Below are positions 25,790 through 39,675 of a stretch of 64,000 bases of DNA, one piece after another. A program made the position numbers and the translations under genes. Numbering within the stretch: the stretch's first letter is position 1; every line of letters begins with the position of its first letter. The notes below the pieces were generated by a model. That model was given only the letters and a program-made list of their open reading frames with translations. It had not been told where the DNA came from and ran no database searches. This DNA comes from Octopus sinensis (taxonomy: Eukaryota): positions 10,044,001 through 10,108,000 of the forward strand of contig NC_043001.1 of the NCBI RefSeq assembly GCF_006345805.1. Reading direction: 5' to 3'.

Positions 25790-25930
25790 GGCTTGCACTA
25801 AATTTACACTCCAGGTATTGGAATAGGGCTAAAGTTGAAGGCACCTTGTACAAGGTATGCACTGTTGGTCAGAACTCATAACTATATGGTTATGAAGTAA
25901 ATTTCTTTGCCACACAGCCATACTTGCACC
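25790..25930 (-). mobile_element. Old family B-like SINE head
   Basis: CCACACAGCCATACTTGCACCTA end and a degenerate CAAGGTATGC motif. Confidence 0.5.
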
Positions 25931-26675
25931 TACATAATGAAATTATATTCAGATACAAATGCATGTAAATATAAAAAAGAAAAAAACATAGAACAACCTT
26001 CTGCTGATGCCATTATACAATAGTCCCAGTACACTCTGTAAAGTTGTTAGCAAATGTTTTAGATAATATAGGGTTCAGAGGACCCAGTCTTCTCATTTGA
26101 GAACATATCTCTTATGTTGGTATTCTGATAAAATGCTCCCAACACATTCTGGAAAACGCTTAATGTTTGAAAGGATATTCTACTGCAAAAACCATGCTTA
26201 GCTAAAGCATGTGAGTGAAACGTGTTCCTCCACACGTCTCGGAATGAAGTAATTCCATTAAGAATTTCCATTAAGAACTGACCTATCCAAACGATGCCAG
26301 TATGAAAAGCAGATGTAAAATGATGTACAACTTTTCATTTTAAATTACAAATAAAATGCTATTAGCTTTATGAGTGGTGTTAATGAAGCCAACACCTTTA
26401 TCAGAGATATTCAACAAATCATTATATGAAGCAATATTTAATAATTGAAATATAACTATTAGCAGTTTTGCTTGATGCGTTTTGTTAATTTCAAAGATAG
26501 AGTTTGATATACGACAACTGGAACCTCAAGTCTACACTTCTACATATTTGTTATCTAATTCACCATTTACTTGTAATAATATACTGAGTCCCCTTTCTCA
26601 GCTATTATGGGGAAGGAATCCTAAATGATGACAACTTTAATTCCTTCCAGACATGGTTAGTTTTGTTCCATTAAT

Positions 26676-26985
26676 GTTTCATTTTTGGATTTGGTTTGCA
26701 AGAAGATTCTTTATGTGAGTTTGTGTGTTGAAGCATATTCTGTTGTGTCTGGGGAGAGTCATTTTTTTTTGTGCCTTATAACACACTCACCGGTGAAATT
26801 TCCACTTTTTTCTTATTTTTATTTCTCTAAAATTTTTGCTGCGTCTCAAAACTATTGAAAAGGTTGCAAGTCACAACAAAAATTTTAGAAAAATAAAAAT
26901 AAGGAAAAAGTGGAAATTTTACCAGTGAGTGTGTTATATTATAAGGCACAAAAAAAAAATGACTCTCCCCAGACACAACAGAATA
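26676..26985. mobile_element. Fold-back element (left arm longer), same family as 12742-13110
   Basis: TATTCTGTTGTGTCTGGGGAGAGTCAT... inverted as ...ATGACTCTCCCCAGACACAACAGAATA. Confidence 0.78.
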
Positions 26986-29900
26986 CATTAATGTTCTTAT
27001 ATTATAATCCCAATACATATTTTGTTTCCATTGGAAAAGATGGTAACACTGGTTTAAATGTTTTAATTTGAAGAAAAATCATGGCCTCTGTAGAACACTT
27101 ACTACTGTGCCATAGCAGCCTCATGACATCTGCCACCTCTTTGCTTACAATGCCTCCAAGGAAGTGTTGCCATCCACATTAAGCACTGCTTCTTTAGATC
27201 ATACAGAGACACTGTTGATCACCAGTATTGTCCTGAATATTCAATTTGTCTTTTGAAGAAAGTCATATTAATCTAGTGAAAGATACATAATAGTAAACGT
27301 TTGTTGTGTACCAATTTTTAGTTGGAAAACATGTCAAGATGTCAAAATTTGTTATTGACATTTAATCTCTTATTGTTTATGTTCTCCTCTAAGAGTTTGA
27401 ATTCCAGGCATTCACACTTAGACACAAATAGGATAATTGCACTAGGTGCCTCTCAGATGTACTACTGAAATATGTTGAACAAGATGAAACCACTACATCA
27501 AAATTCTTATACATCTCTTTAAGTTGGTCATATTAATAGCATCAATCCTTCTACATTAAACTATCATTGCCCTTACTATACTGTTGTTAGGCTTTTCTGA
27601 TTTTTCTGTTTGTAATTCATTTGTTTACTTACCAGGCTTCTTCTCTCTTTTTCTTTGTCTTATTCCACTTTCAATGTTGATTTTTATACACCACAATTAA
27701 ACAGGATATTCATTTAGGTGGAATATATTTTCGTCTTGAATTATTGCATTATATATAAGTTGAGCATGTTAACTTCAATTGCTTGAACTCTTTTGCAAAT
27801 CATAATAAAGAATTACTGGTTTATTTCACATACAGATTTTTATGTAGTTCTTTGCCAAACATAAGTAATATGTTTATGCCTTACTGATTGATGGAAAATA
27901 TTACAAATAATTAAACTTAATGCCAGTCTGTGGCTCTACTCTTTGTTTATCGGCATATTCACTGAATTGTCTGACAAGAGAATTACTTGCCTGAAACAAT
28001 AACATCCTGTGTTGTTGATGTAAAGTCTGCCATGTTTTTCTTTCATTGCTCTCTTTTTTTCCGTATCAAAACATCGTTTTTAGTTTCTCATCTTTAGAAA
28101 TACATGGATATATATTTTAAAATGAATGGTATTTCATGGCAAATTTGTGTCAGAAGAACAATATTTCTGTATAGATTATTTTAATTTTTCAATAGTCCTT
28201 TCATTTTCTACCTTCTATGAGTAAATATTAGATAATTTGAACTTACTTTCATGTGACTTAATTCAAGTGCATATACAATGTTATATTAGATTCTGCACAG
28301 CAAAAAACATTTTGTTTAGCAATGGAATTGTGGAAATATATATTAGAAGGCAATTTTCACCTGTGCATTGATCATTGAAAATGTGGTTTCATAAGAAATG
28401 AAGTGGTTATAATTTATAACCCCAAAATATTGATGTTTATATTTCTCTCTGATGATTTTTTAAAAGAAGTAATATATAATATTTTCTCTCTTAACATCTT
28501 GTAAAAACAAATGGAATTTTTAGTTTCAATATCAGTTATTTGTTCCTTTCATTTGAAACTTATTTGAATTAAAATAGATAAATTATAAGCAAATCAATTG
28601 TATCTTTTATCAATCAACTTTCACCTAAATATAAAAAGTAAATTTGTTGGAACTACATACAGAACCAAATTAATTTTGAATATATCCTTTACCCTGTTTT
28701 TGTTGTAATATATAAGATTTCAAGCAAATTTTTTCAATATTTGTTTTTCTGTCATTATTTTATACATTTAATTATCTACTTTCCAGCTGCTGAAAATTGC
28801 TACTAGTTTATATTGGCAAAGCATTTCTAATATCATCGATAAGTCCGTATCTTTAAAATTGCTTTGGGGAAACTAAATTAAATGTGCTGATGTTGAGAGG
28901 ACAAACAATTCCGAAGCATCAAGATGAAGGTTATTCTTGCAAAGCACAGTTATTAAAGTAGATTATATCGTCAAAATGGGATAATTGCTTAGGTGATAGG
29001 GCAGATCTAGAAACTTTTACATCATCAATTTCTAACTTAATGACTTTAAGCTTTCAGAGTTGAAGTAACAGAAATTAAATAATTTCTTTAATTGCAAGGT
29101 GTTTTTTTGCGAGAAGAGATCAATTACAGTTGAACTTGATACCCACATAGATATGTATTACTTTATAGACCCTGATGAGGTGAAAAAACAAAATCAGCAG
29201 CTAATTTTGAATCCAGAAATGCAAAGTTTCAACCGAAATATCATAAAGAATTACGTTTGACTCTCTTTTACTGTTTTAATGTCTGGATTAAGAACTCAGA
29301 ATATTGTTTCAGAAAATTTGAAACTGTTAACAATTTGAGGTTTAAAAATAGATTCTTTGTAGCTTAGATTTAGTTAAAACATAATCTAAAGTAGAAACAA
29401 AAGATAAACTATTTGTGATTGAAATGAAAACCAAAGATGATGATAATCTTCTGTCAAGTAACTTCTATTATGTGCACGTCTCATTTCTGGTTAAGCATTT
29501 CATTTACCTTATTCTCCATGGGGCTTTGACTTTCAGCTGTAATCAAATATTTACAGTGTCAATTAATGTATTAGGGTTATGTGACATTTTCATTTGAAGC
29601 ATCAAATGTTATCATTAGTGATTAATATAACAATTATTGTTCTGTTATTTAGTAAGCTATTAGATTTGTATTTCAATGTTTGTGCTGTAAACTTTTCTGG
29701 TTGTCTGATACACCAAAATTTCACTGGATCTGAATTCATTCAAGTGCTGTACTGCAGACTTAACCCACGCAAGAATGTGTGATTGCCTTAAAAATCTGAA
29801 GATAATGGGAGTTGCATTTTACAAAGAAAACTTTTACACTATTCTTATATTTGTTGATGAATGTAAACAGTGTACATATTATGAATTCCTCATCTCAAAA

Positions 29901-30244
29901 ATATAGAATTGTGTTGGTGCAGAGCTGACACAATATTAGTACAGAGCTGAGACAAATTTAGAATTGTATTCGTATAGAGCTGACATAAGACATCAGTGGA
30001 CGTCGAAAACCCTTATAAATTCACTCTATCACTGCTTATGAAATAATGTAGTGGATAAAGTCATTGGTTAACGCAGTGCAATCACCTTGAGGTTCTGAGT
30101 TCAATTCCAGACAAGGCACTGAGATGAAGCACAAGATATCTAAAGAAGGCTGGAGCACACAATGGCCAAATCCTAGTGAAATCAAGATGGGGACAACAGT
30201 CTAATGTAAACAGTGTACATAAAACTATTTCTTAAGAAGGTGAA

Positions 30245-30535
30245 TGTATGGCTGTGTGACCCCAAAGTTTACTTTACACCTACATGGTTGAGGGTTTAGC
30301 TCCATTACTCTGTACTTTGGCAAAGTGCTCTATGACTGAGCCCTAAAATGCAGGAAATTGTATGAAACCCATCATGGGTGTGTGTAAGTGTGTGGGTGTG
30401 TTTGTGTCTCACTGCATGATAGTTATAAATGATTCTCACTGTTCTGCAGGTAATGTCACCACACCTTTCTAATCTTCCATGGAAGTGTATTTGACTGGGG
30501 CAGGGTGGGGGTATATTATCTTGCTTGGAAACAAG
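30245..30535 (+). mobile_element. Old tRNA-derived SINE remnant related to family B
   Basis: ATGGCTGTGTG head, TTTGGCAAAGTG motif, TG tract. Confidence 0.45.
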
Positions 30536-30607
30536 TCACAGGTAGTGACTTAAGGAATTCCATCTGGCCCATATAAGCCTGGAATTGTGTATATTAAAAT
30601 GATGACA

Positions 30608-30940
30608 GTGGCTTCCGTGCCGGTGGCATGTAAAAAGCACCATGCGAATCGTGGCTGAAGCCAGTGCCGCCTCAACTGGCTTCCGTGCCAGTGGCACGTA
30701 AAATGCACCAATCCGACCGTGGCCGTTGCCAGCCTCGCCTGGCACCTGTGCAGGTGGCACGTAAAAAGCACCCACTACACTCTCGGAGTGGTTGGCATTA
30801 GGAAAGGCATCCAGCTGTAGAAACATTGCCAGATATGACTGGAGCCTGGTGCAGCTTTCTGGCTTCCAAGATTCCCGGTTGAACTGTCCAACCCATTCTA
30901 GTATGGAAAATGGACGTTAAACGATGATGATGATGATGAT
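30608..30940 (+). mobile_element. Family C SINE with three modules
   Basis: Three GGCTTCCGTGCCGGTGGCAYGTAAAA-like modules, tail ending (GAT)n. Confidence 0.88.
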
Positions 30941-32029
30941 CTATATGCATGTATGTGCATATGTGCACATATGTGTATGCATGTGTCAAAACCTAATTTG
31001 ACTGTGAGATTAGCTTGTAAGAGAATGCATTTGTGAAAATCTGTGCTACCATGCAAATAAAGACAGCAAAAGCTAATTTTCTCACATAATATTACTTTAC
31101 ACCACTAGCTCTGTTGTTTGTATCAATACTACTTCTGTTTGTGGTGTATAAATTATTTTTTGCCATCGAAAATAACTCTTGAGGAATGTTATTAATTAAA
31201 ATCGTATTTCCATGTTTTGAAACATTGAAAAAAATTACTATAAATGCTCGTTGTATTCTCATTGATAAATATGCACTCGCACATGAGCTTGTATTAATCA
31301 ATATTAATCAACCTGAGGAGAAAATGCCAAAGGGTTTAGTTAGTAATATGGCTTTTTAAACTTTTGTTTTTTTGCATTTAGTTTCTCTTGTCAGAAGTTA
31401 TTTAAAAAAAAAATAATAAACCCAAAACTTTTTAAATTTGAATTAAATGTATATTAATTGACAGAACATGCTGCAGTCAAATTCTTAGTTTTTCATTTTC
31501 AATCATTACTGTTTTTAAACATTGTTTCTCTGCTGAAATACAAAGCCAAGGAAGAAGTGAATAAAATCTGTGTCTCTTTTGACTTTGATGCTTTGATATC
31601 TCATGACTCACCTCTTATTAATGTTCATGTGGACTTTGTGGGAAAGCATAAAAAGCACTTTGTAAAATGTAAACAGCTGTTCGAGTCTAGATTCTGAGTC
31701 AACTGTTTCTTGTGTCCATGAATTTGGTTATGGGGTGGTTCTCAGCTGGCCAGGGACTAACCTACAGCTTGTGGTTTCAGGACCATTCTCTAAGGTACAT
31801 GGACAATGCAACAGGCAGTGTCAGGTGGTGAAACTACTACAGAGTTCACTAACAGTCTATTACAGTTTCAAGTGGCATCCGCTTCGTCTAGAGCATTTAC
31901 TTGCTCTGCTGTTGGGATTCTTAGGATTGGTTGTGGTTAGTCCATGCAAGCCTTCACTTCAACAAAGATAAACTTTAGATTACCACTAAGCAAAATGTTA
32001 GAAATTTAACTGCTAAATATATAGACATA

Positions 32030-32415
32030 AGAGTGGCTGTGTGGTAAGTAACTTGCTTACGAACCACGTGGTTCCGGGTTCAGTCCCACTGTGTGGCACC
32101 TTGGGCATGTGTCTTCTACTATAGTCTCGGACCGACCAAAGCCATGTGAGTGAAACTCAAAGAAGCCCGTCATATATATGTATGTATGTATATATATATA
32201 TATATATGTGTGTTTGTGTGTCTGTGTTTCTCCTCCCAGCATCGCTTGACAACTGATGCTGGTGTGTTTACGTCCCTGTAACTTAGTGATTCGGCAAAAG
32301 AGGCTGATGGAATAAGTACTAGGCTTATAAAGAATAAGTCCTGTGGTCGATTTGCTCTACTAAAGGCAGTGCTCCAGCATGGCCACAGTCAAATGGCTGA
32401 AACAAGTGAAAGAGT
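32030..32415 (+). mobile_element. SINE family B
   Basis: Full head, internal microsatellite and tail. Confidence 0.9.
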
Positions 32416-32437
32416 ATATATATATATATATATATAT

Positions 32438-35400
32438 AATAAATATTAGGGAATAAATCCAAATTTACAGGGAAAAAATCAGATTTAGGATTAAATCCAA
32501 TTTTATAGTAAAATATTATAAAATATTATTAGAGACAAAACCACTATTTTGCAAACAAATGAAACCTACACCCATACAATGACAAAACTCCCCCCTCTAT
32601 ACCCAATTTACACCCACATAGCAATCCCAATATATTCATCCATACATGGACGCACGTGCGTGAAGCACATGCACACAATAAATACGTACAACCCCCCAAT
32701 ACGCACTCATATACATACGTATCAAGCTCGACATCCACAGCAATACGCTTACACCCATTCACACCCAGATGGGTGAATTGCACAACCAGGGAACGCACAC
32801 ACACACGTGTGCGTATTTTGATTGTGCAACTCGCCCATATGCATGTATGCGGGCGCGATTACATTGTTGCACATATCAAGCCCAACTAGCATGCATATGT
32901 ACATGTGAGGGGGTACACGTACATGCCGTGCGCGTGTACCCCCTGCATTTATACCCGTGCGTGAATATACACATGGAGACTACCACACAGGTACAAATGT
33001 GTATAGTAATGGGAGCCCCATCACTACACTCAATGTATACTCTCACCCATCCGCACGGATTGAAAGCGAATCTCCGGTGTATATGTTGAGGCTTATATGT
33101 AGCGCTGTGGAGTTGAACGTCGTTGAAATTGTGAATGAATGGGTGGAGTTGGGAATTGTAACCGGGTGGTGGGCTAGCGTTGCTTGGAATTGGGAATGGA
33201 ATAGTGTAGTAGTAAGGCAGGTATCGAGAATAGATTTGGGTTACTGCAAGTTGTTTGTTAGAGCTGCTAAGATGAGCTAAAGCTCATAATTGTATATAAT
33301 AATTTAAAGTAGTGTTGGTTTGCCACGTGGATATAGTTTTTAGTTCCATTTATTCTATTTCTCCATTCATAATTTTAAATGACGTTTACTTTCCATGGCG
33401 CGTATTCTTTTTTTACATAAGTTATATTTCTATGGTAACGTAATTTTGTTTGGTTTTTTTAACGGCTAAGAATTTAATTTCACTTCATAATTTGAAACTG
33501 ACTTGTAAGTATGTATTTTATTTCTCCTTATGTCATATTGTTATTTTTGATATTCTGGTTAATTACGATGTATTTAATGTTGTTTTTTATTGGAGTGTTT
33601 ATGTATATGAGATTGTGTGTGAGTTTTTAGTTGTATAATTTATTTATCTGTATGAGTGTGGGTGTGTAAATATTGTTGTATATATCGAGTTTAGTGAGTA
33701 TGTATATGCGTATATGTGAGGGAGTATAAGTATCTGTTGTGTGTGTGTGTTTTGCGTGTGTGTGTGTTTGTGTGTGAATGTGTATATGGGTTTGTTATTT
33801 AGGTTTTGGGATGTATGTGTTAATTTGTCTGTGTGGGGAGGGAGTGGGTTTTTGGTATATATTGAGGTTTATAAGTTAGTATAGGTATGTGTATAAGTCG
33901 TGGGTCTGTGGTTTACGTGTGTGTTTTTTGTGTGTGAATGTTTAGGTTAGGGGGATTGGTATATAGGTTTGTTATAGAGTTTAGCAAAGGGAGATTTTAT
34001 CGTTATATGTTTTTAAGAGTTTTGGTTTATCATGGTTTTTTTAGGGAATTCGTGGTAATTTGTCTATTTTCGTTGTTGGTTGTTTTATTACATTGTTTCA
34101 TTCATAATTTTTGAGTGGTGTTCGTTTTGCCACGTGAATATTATTTTTAATTCCATTTATTCCATTTCTCCATTCATTATTTTAAAAGATGTTCGTTTCC
34201 AGAGCGGTTATACTTTTTATACATATGTTAAGTTCCTTGGTAAAGTAATTTTGTTTGGTGTATATGTTGAGGCTTATATGTACTTGTGGGTGTGTGTGAG
34301 TGGGGTGGGTGTTTGTATTTGTTATGGGTGTGTGGTTTACGTGTGTGTATTTGTGTGTGAATGTATAGGTTAAAGGGATTGCTATATAAGTATGTTATAG
34401 TGTTAGTAAAGGGAGGTTTTATCATTTATGTTTTGTGAGTTTTAGCTTATCATGGTAGTTTTATAAAAGAATCTATTCATAATTTTTGTGTTTATTTGTC
34501 TGTGTGGGGTTGAGTGGGTTTTTGGAGTATATGTTGAGGTTTATATGTATGTATAGGTATGTGTAAGTGGTGTGGGTATTTGTATATGTCGTGGGTGTGT
34601 GGTTTACGTGTGTGTATTTGTGTGTGAATGTTTAGGTTAGGGGGATTGCTATATAGGTATGTTATAGAGTTTAGTAAAGGGAGATTTTATCATTATATGT
34701 TTTATGAGTTTTGGTTTATCATGGTAGGTTTGTTAAGGAATTCGTAGTAATTTGTGTCTATTTGCGATGTCTGTTGTTTTATTGCATTGTTTCATTCATA
34801 ATTTTTAAGTAGTGTCAGTTTTACCAAGTGAATATAATTTTTAATTCCATTTATTCTATTTCTCCGTTCATAATTTTAAGTGATGTCCGTTTTCTAGAGC
34901 GTGAATGTGGGTTGTATGTGTGTGTGTGTGGGAGTATGAATAAGTATTGTGTTGAAGTATTTAGCTATTTTATTTATTTATAGTTGCCTAGACGTTTTTA
35001 TGTGTATGTATAGGGATATATATATAGGGGTGTGATTTAGTGTATGTAGTTAGATATGGTTATATATAATTAGGTATATGTGTATGGGTATATATATAGT
35101 TTATTATTATATTATTATTATTTTTTTGTTTTGTTTTATATTTTATATTTTATATTTTATATTTAATTGTTGATAGGTTTATTTTAGTTTATATATTGTT
35201 TATATATTGATTATATATGGATTATATATAGGTTATATATGGATTATATATTTATATTTTTTCATTCATACTTTAATTATTTTAAAATTATTATTTTTAT
35301 ATTTTAAAATATTGATATTTTAGATTGGAAGTCCACCTGAAGATTGTCGATCAAGACAAGAAACAATTGTAGTGGCAGTTTTTTTGACTATTTATTAAAA

Positions 35401-35462
35401 TTTTATGTATTGATTAAGTCTTTCCTTGTTTGCTTTGCAAAATAGTGGTTTTGTCTCTAATA

Positions 35463-35470
<8 letters not shown>
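32438..35470. mobile_element. Non-autonomous Penelope-like element with inverted terminal arms, inserted in (TA)n
   Basis: TATAAAATATTATTAGAGACAAAACCACTATTTTGCAAA (about 32517-32555) is inverted at about 35435-35473; (TA)n on both flanks; type I hammerhead in the right arm; internal block duplications. Confidence 0.75.
35333..35375 (+). ncRNA. Minimal type I hammerhead ribozyme (Penelope-type)
   Basis: Stem I CCAC/GUGG; core CUGAAGA; stem II UUGUC-GAUCAA-GACAA; GAAA; stem III AC-AAUU-GU with palindrome ACAAUUGU; predicted cleavage after GUA (35371). Confidence 0.85.
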
Positions 35471-35495
<25 letters not shown>

Positions 35496-35699
35496 CTTAG
35501 AATCAATAGGTTTATGAAGATGAAATTTTTTCAGTCATCATCACTATCACCATGATATTTTATGACCTTTTTATACTTGCATGGTGGATGGAAGAAGTTA
35601 TCTTCAGTTATTTGAATGCTTTATATATATATAAAAGTCTAATATTCTCAACACCAACATAATCAATCTGCTGTCGGTCTTTGATGCTCTGCTTTCATA

Positions 35700-35960
35700 T
35701 TCTATATTTTTGGTCAGTACCTTGAAGCATGTTTCCATTCATCATTTTGTCCTTTTCCCAATAGAGATGCCATTATATTTCCTTGTCAGTTAGCAGTCTT
35801 GCATACAACAGGAATAGGTGTAGTTTATTCATTTTTACCCATGTTTCATTGCCATACAGCACAATATTTCTTGTAGATACATTACTAGTTTGTAAGGTAA
35901 CAACGGATGTTTTTTTTAAATTCCAGCAGAAGTTATAATTCTTGACTATGCTCTTGCTAG
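35700..35960 (-). pseudogene. RTE LINE C-terminal fragment, decayed
   Basis: Minus strand reads NVSTRNIVLYGNETW (cf. VRSVMLYGSETW). Confidence 0.45.
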
Positions 35961-37009
35961 ATCTCAGATTACATGTATGTTATTAAGCTATGACTCTCTG
36001 GTTACAAAGTTTGATTTGCAACTGTGGTTTCAGGTTCATTTCCAATGGGCAGCAACTTGGATAAAGTGACTTCTGTCACAATATCTTTGCAAGTAAAGAT
36101 TAAAATTGTGGAAGATTGCTCTAAGGGATGTTCCTATTCTTAAGTAATAGACTTAATCTGTTGCCATTTGGTCACTGGTGCCCTTCACATGCCATCTGCC
36201 ACAAATATTCTGACCAGTTTAAAGATAATTTACCCCCTTTATTTGCCAGTTAGGGCGGGCCTGAAAAGTCATTGCTGTAGTGGTACTATTCTTCCTCCTC
36301 TGACTAAACTACTAAAAGTTGAAAAAAGAGAGAGAAAGCCTGCTATGGAATAATCTAGCAGCCATCTTCATTGACATAGTAGTGGTCTTTACTGTTTAAC
36401 TGCTCAATTATAAAAGCCTCTGCTTTTATATTCTCTCAAATATTCTAACTGAATATGATGTTTAGACCAATGGTACTTTATATTTAGTCAAAGCAAATGA
36501 AAGCAGCTATTATTCGGTTTATTTATAACCATGATAATGTTTATGATCACTTTATCATGTACAAACCCAGTTGTTCCTTATCTAAATTTAATACTGTGCC
36601 CTTTATCTCAAGTTGATATGAAAAGTTTAATGAATGTGTGTTGAATGAAATACAACCTGTTATTCACTATTGTTCACAAATTAATGCTTTAAATTTTCAA
36701 AATAAATGAATGCTTCGCTTGAAATTTCTAAATTAAGCATTGAAAGCATTTGATTCTTATCTATTGATTTCTTTGTGTCACGTCTCTAACAATTATTGTT
36801 TCATTTTGCTTGTGCTGCCTTTTGTATTGTTAAAAGACCTCACAAAGGATAAAATCTACAGTTTAGAAATATAAATAAAGTGAATTACTGGAGTTCAAAT
36901 TCCATGTTGTATTAGCAAAGTTGTCCCATTGGTACAGGCTTCGTTATGTGAAGTGGAAGTTTTCTTTACAAACATAGTTTGTACAAACCGTTGGGCAAGT
37001 GTCTTCTGA

Positions 37010-37190
37010 GATTCGCCAACACTACACCTGATTTTCTCTCCTCCATACACACGCAAGCATGTATCTGACTCATACACTGTTCGCTTTCCAGACATTTGTA
37101 CATTACTGCATATGCTTTATACACACTTTTGACAAGCTGTGGTGCACCTGAGCACTATATACAATAATTTCATTATTATTATTATTATTA
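37010..37190 (+). mobile_element. 3' end of a non-LTR retroelement with an (ATT)n tail
   Basis: ...GGTGCACCTGAGCACTATATACAATAATTTC followed by (ATT)6. Confidence 0.5.
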
Positions 37191-38260
37191 TAGTTTTGAA
37201 TAGATGAAAACTGTTCAAAATCCTGTAATGAGCTACACTTATTTTTATGTTGTAAGTATAGTCTGTCAATTTGTTTAACACCATCACCTCATGCCCCCCC
37301 AATTAATTTAACTGGGTCCACTCTAGCAAGCATTCAAATCATATCCAAATTTTAGCCTGACAATAATGAGCTATGTTAATGCAAAACTTCCTGAAGCTGT
37401 TATGTTTTTTGGTTTTTTTTTACCTTTCTACTGGCTTTGAAACTCAAAAAAAAATCATTGTTATTCTTCTTCTAACTAGGCCTTATATATGTAGTCACAC
37501 TAAATCTCTTTTCAAAGGTATTAGCTGATCCACTGAGGTAGATATTTGCCAAACTATATTTAGTAAATGGTTAAGTTACCTTTTGGTCACTATTGAATTT
37601 GATATTAGTATATTACTATATTAGTGTATTAGTATGGACACACATACGCATGGTCATAAATATATGGAATGTAATTTAAATCTCTATAGGGTTACTTGAA
37701 TTTGAAAATTATTGTAAAAATTGCTGTTCAGTGCACTATTAATATATTTACATGGCTAATGCTTGCACTGGAATACAAATGATGTTCTGATGCAATTCTG
37801 AGTGTGTATACATTATAAATAGCTATCTATGGAAGCAAATGTGAAGCTATGTATTAGCTAAGCTTAAGAAGCTCTTAAGCCTCAACATAATATGGAAATT
37901 TTATGCTTTCAATGAATTTCTTAACGAACTGCTTCAGAGGAGTTGAACAAGTTACTTAATGGTTTTTCCAACTGGTTTTTGCACTAATCAAAAGGTTTGA
38001 AAGTATGCTAGATGGCCCCTTCATGTGCCTGGTTCTTGCCATTCTGAATGTGTTCTGGAAAGAACAGCTCAGTAAAGAAAGATTAAGTGTCAGGGCACTA
38101 TTGGAGAAAGAAAAGTTCATTTTGCTGGGGATGGCTGGAGAAGTAAAAGAAGAGCATTTTAGAAATATCCTTATTTGAATGTCTTAAAAATTTGTGACAG
38201 TTTTGGTGAAACTGTAAAGACATATATCAGTCTGTAATGATGTCATTAACAAAATATCTC

Positions 38261-38676
38261 TCATCATCATCATCATCGTCGTTTAACGTCCGTTTTCCAT
38301 GGGTTGGACGGTTCGACTGGGGTCTGGGAAGCCAGGAGGCTGCACCAGGCTCCAGTCTGATCTGGCAGTGTTTCTACAGCTGGATGCCCTTCCTAATGCC
38401 AACCACTCCATGAGTGTAGTGGGTGCTTTTTACATGCCACCGGCACAGAAGCCAGTCATGGCGGTGCTGGCATCGGCCACATTTGGATGGTGCTTTTTAC
38501 ATGCCACTGGCACAGGTATCACAACTACAATATCCATTTGATTTTTTTATGTTGATGTACTTGACTCAATAGGTCTCCTCCAACACAGCAGGTCGCTCTA
38601 CGATCCAAGGTAAACACAGCAGGCTGTCCTGCGATCCAAGGTACTTTGGATGGGCTGGGGCTTCTATGTGAGGCTG
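38261..38676 (-). mobile_element. Family C SINE extending into an RTE-like ORF end
   Basis: (CAT)n tail, two modules, then minus-strand GCTGTGTTGGAGGAGACCTATTGA (AVLEETY*). Confidence 0.82.
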
Positions 38677-39588
38677 TGGATAGAAAATGGCCAAGTGATC
38701 TCTGAAACAAGTCAGGTAAATCTCTTTTTCTGGTCATGAGAAGAAAAATGCACTAAAAAAGTGCATGATAGAAGCCTGCATAATCTCTACCTCCTAAATT
38801 CCATTTCCATGATAATGATCAACATGTATCTATAGTAAAAGTCATTTTCAAAAATGTGTGTGAATGTATATTACTTCAATTTCTGGTAATCTTATCAATT
38901 TAATTATAAAAAGTGTGCTGCACTTCACATTTTAACAGATATATCCAACATATTGAATTAATCTATTTAATTTATGAGCTGTTCTTTGGATTAATTATCT
39001 AAGACAAAAATGCAGTTAGTATTGAATATAATGTGATTCTTCCATTTGGAGGTGATAAAGGTGTCAACATGTATCAGAATTTCATCCCTTTTTGTTGTTG
39101 ATCATGTACTCTCATTTTATTTAATGTAGATATTTTTTTTTTCATCCTGAAAATGTTTCACATAAATTTTGTGTGGTTTACTATTAATATGATCCAGTCG
39201 TTCATGAATTTACTTCAGCTATTTATGTGCAAATTTAAACTGCATTTCTTCCATATAAAAATTACAGAATGGGAATAGAAAGTGAATAAATTCTTACATT
39301 TTAAGAATTATAGTTTACTAAGATATTACTGTTAGGAAAATTATATGTAATGGAAAGAGGATTTCCATAATAACTCATTAATAAGCTATTATCTGATTCA
39401 CAAAATCTAATTCACGGAATTCACTATCTGATTCACAGAATTCAAATTGCCTTTTTTTTTTTCTTTTAGAATCTGTTATTTAATGATTTATTGAATATTT
39501 AATAACTATAATGTAAAATAATTACTTACTCCTCTACATTTTAAAATGGTTTATGCATACTTCTAGATAACTGATAGTATAATTTATA

Positions 39589-39607
39589 CATATATATATA
39601 TATATAT

Positions 39608-39643
<36 letters not shown>

Positions 39644-39675
39644 GTGTGTGTGTGTATATATGTATATATATATGT
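39589..39675. repeat. (TA)n(TG)n microsatellite
   Basis: Seen directly. Confidence 0.95.
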
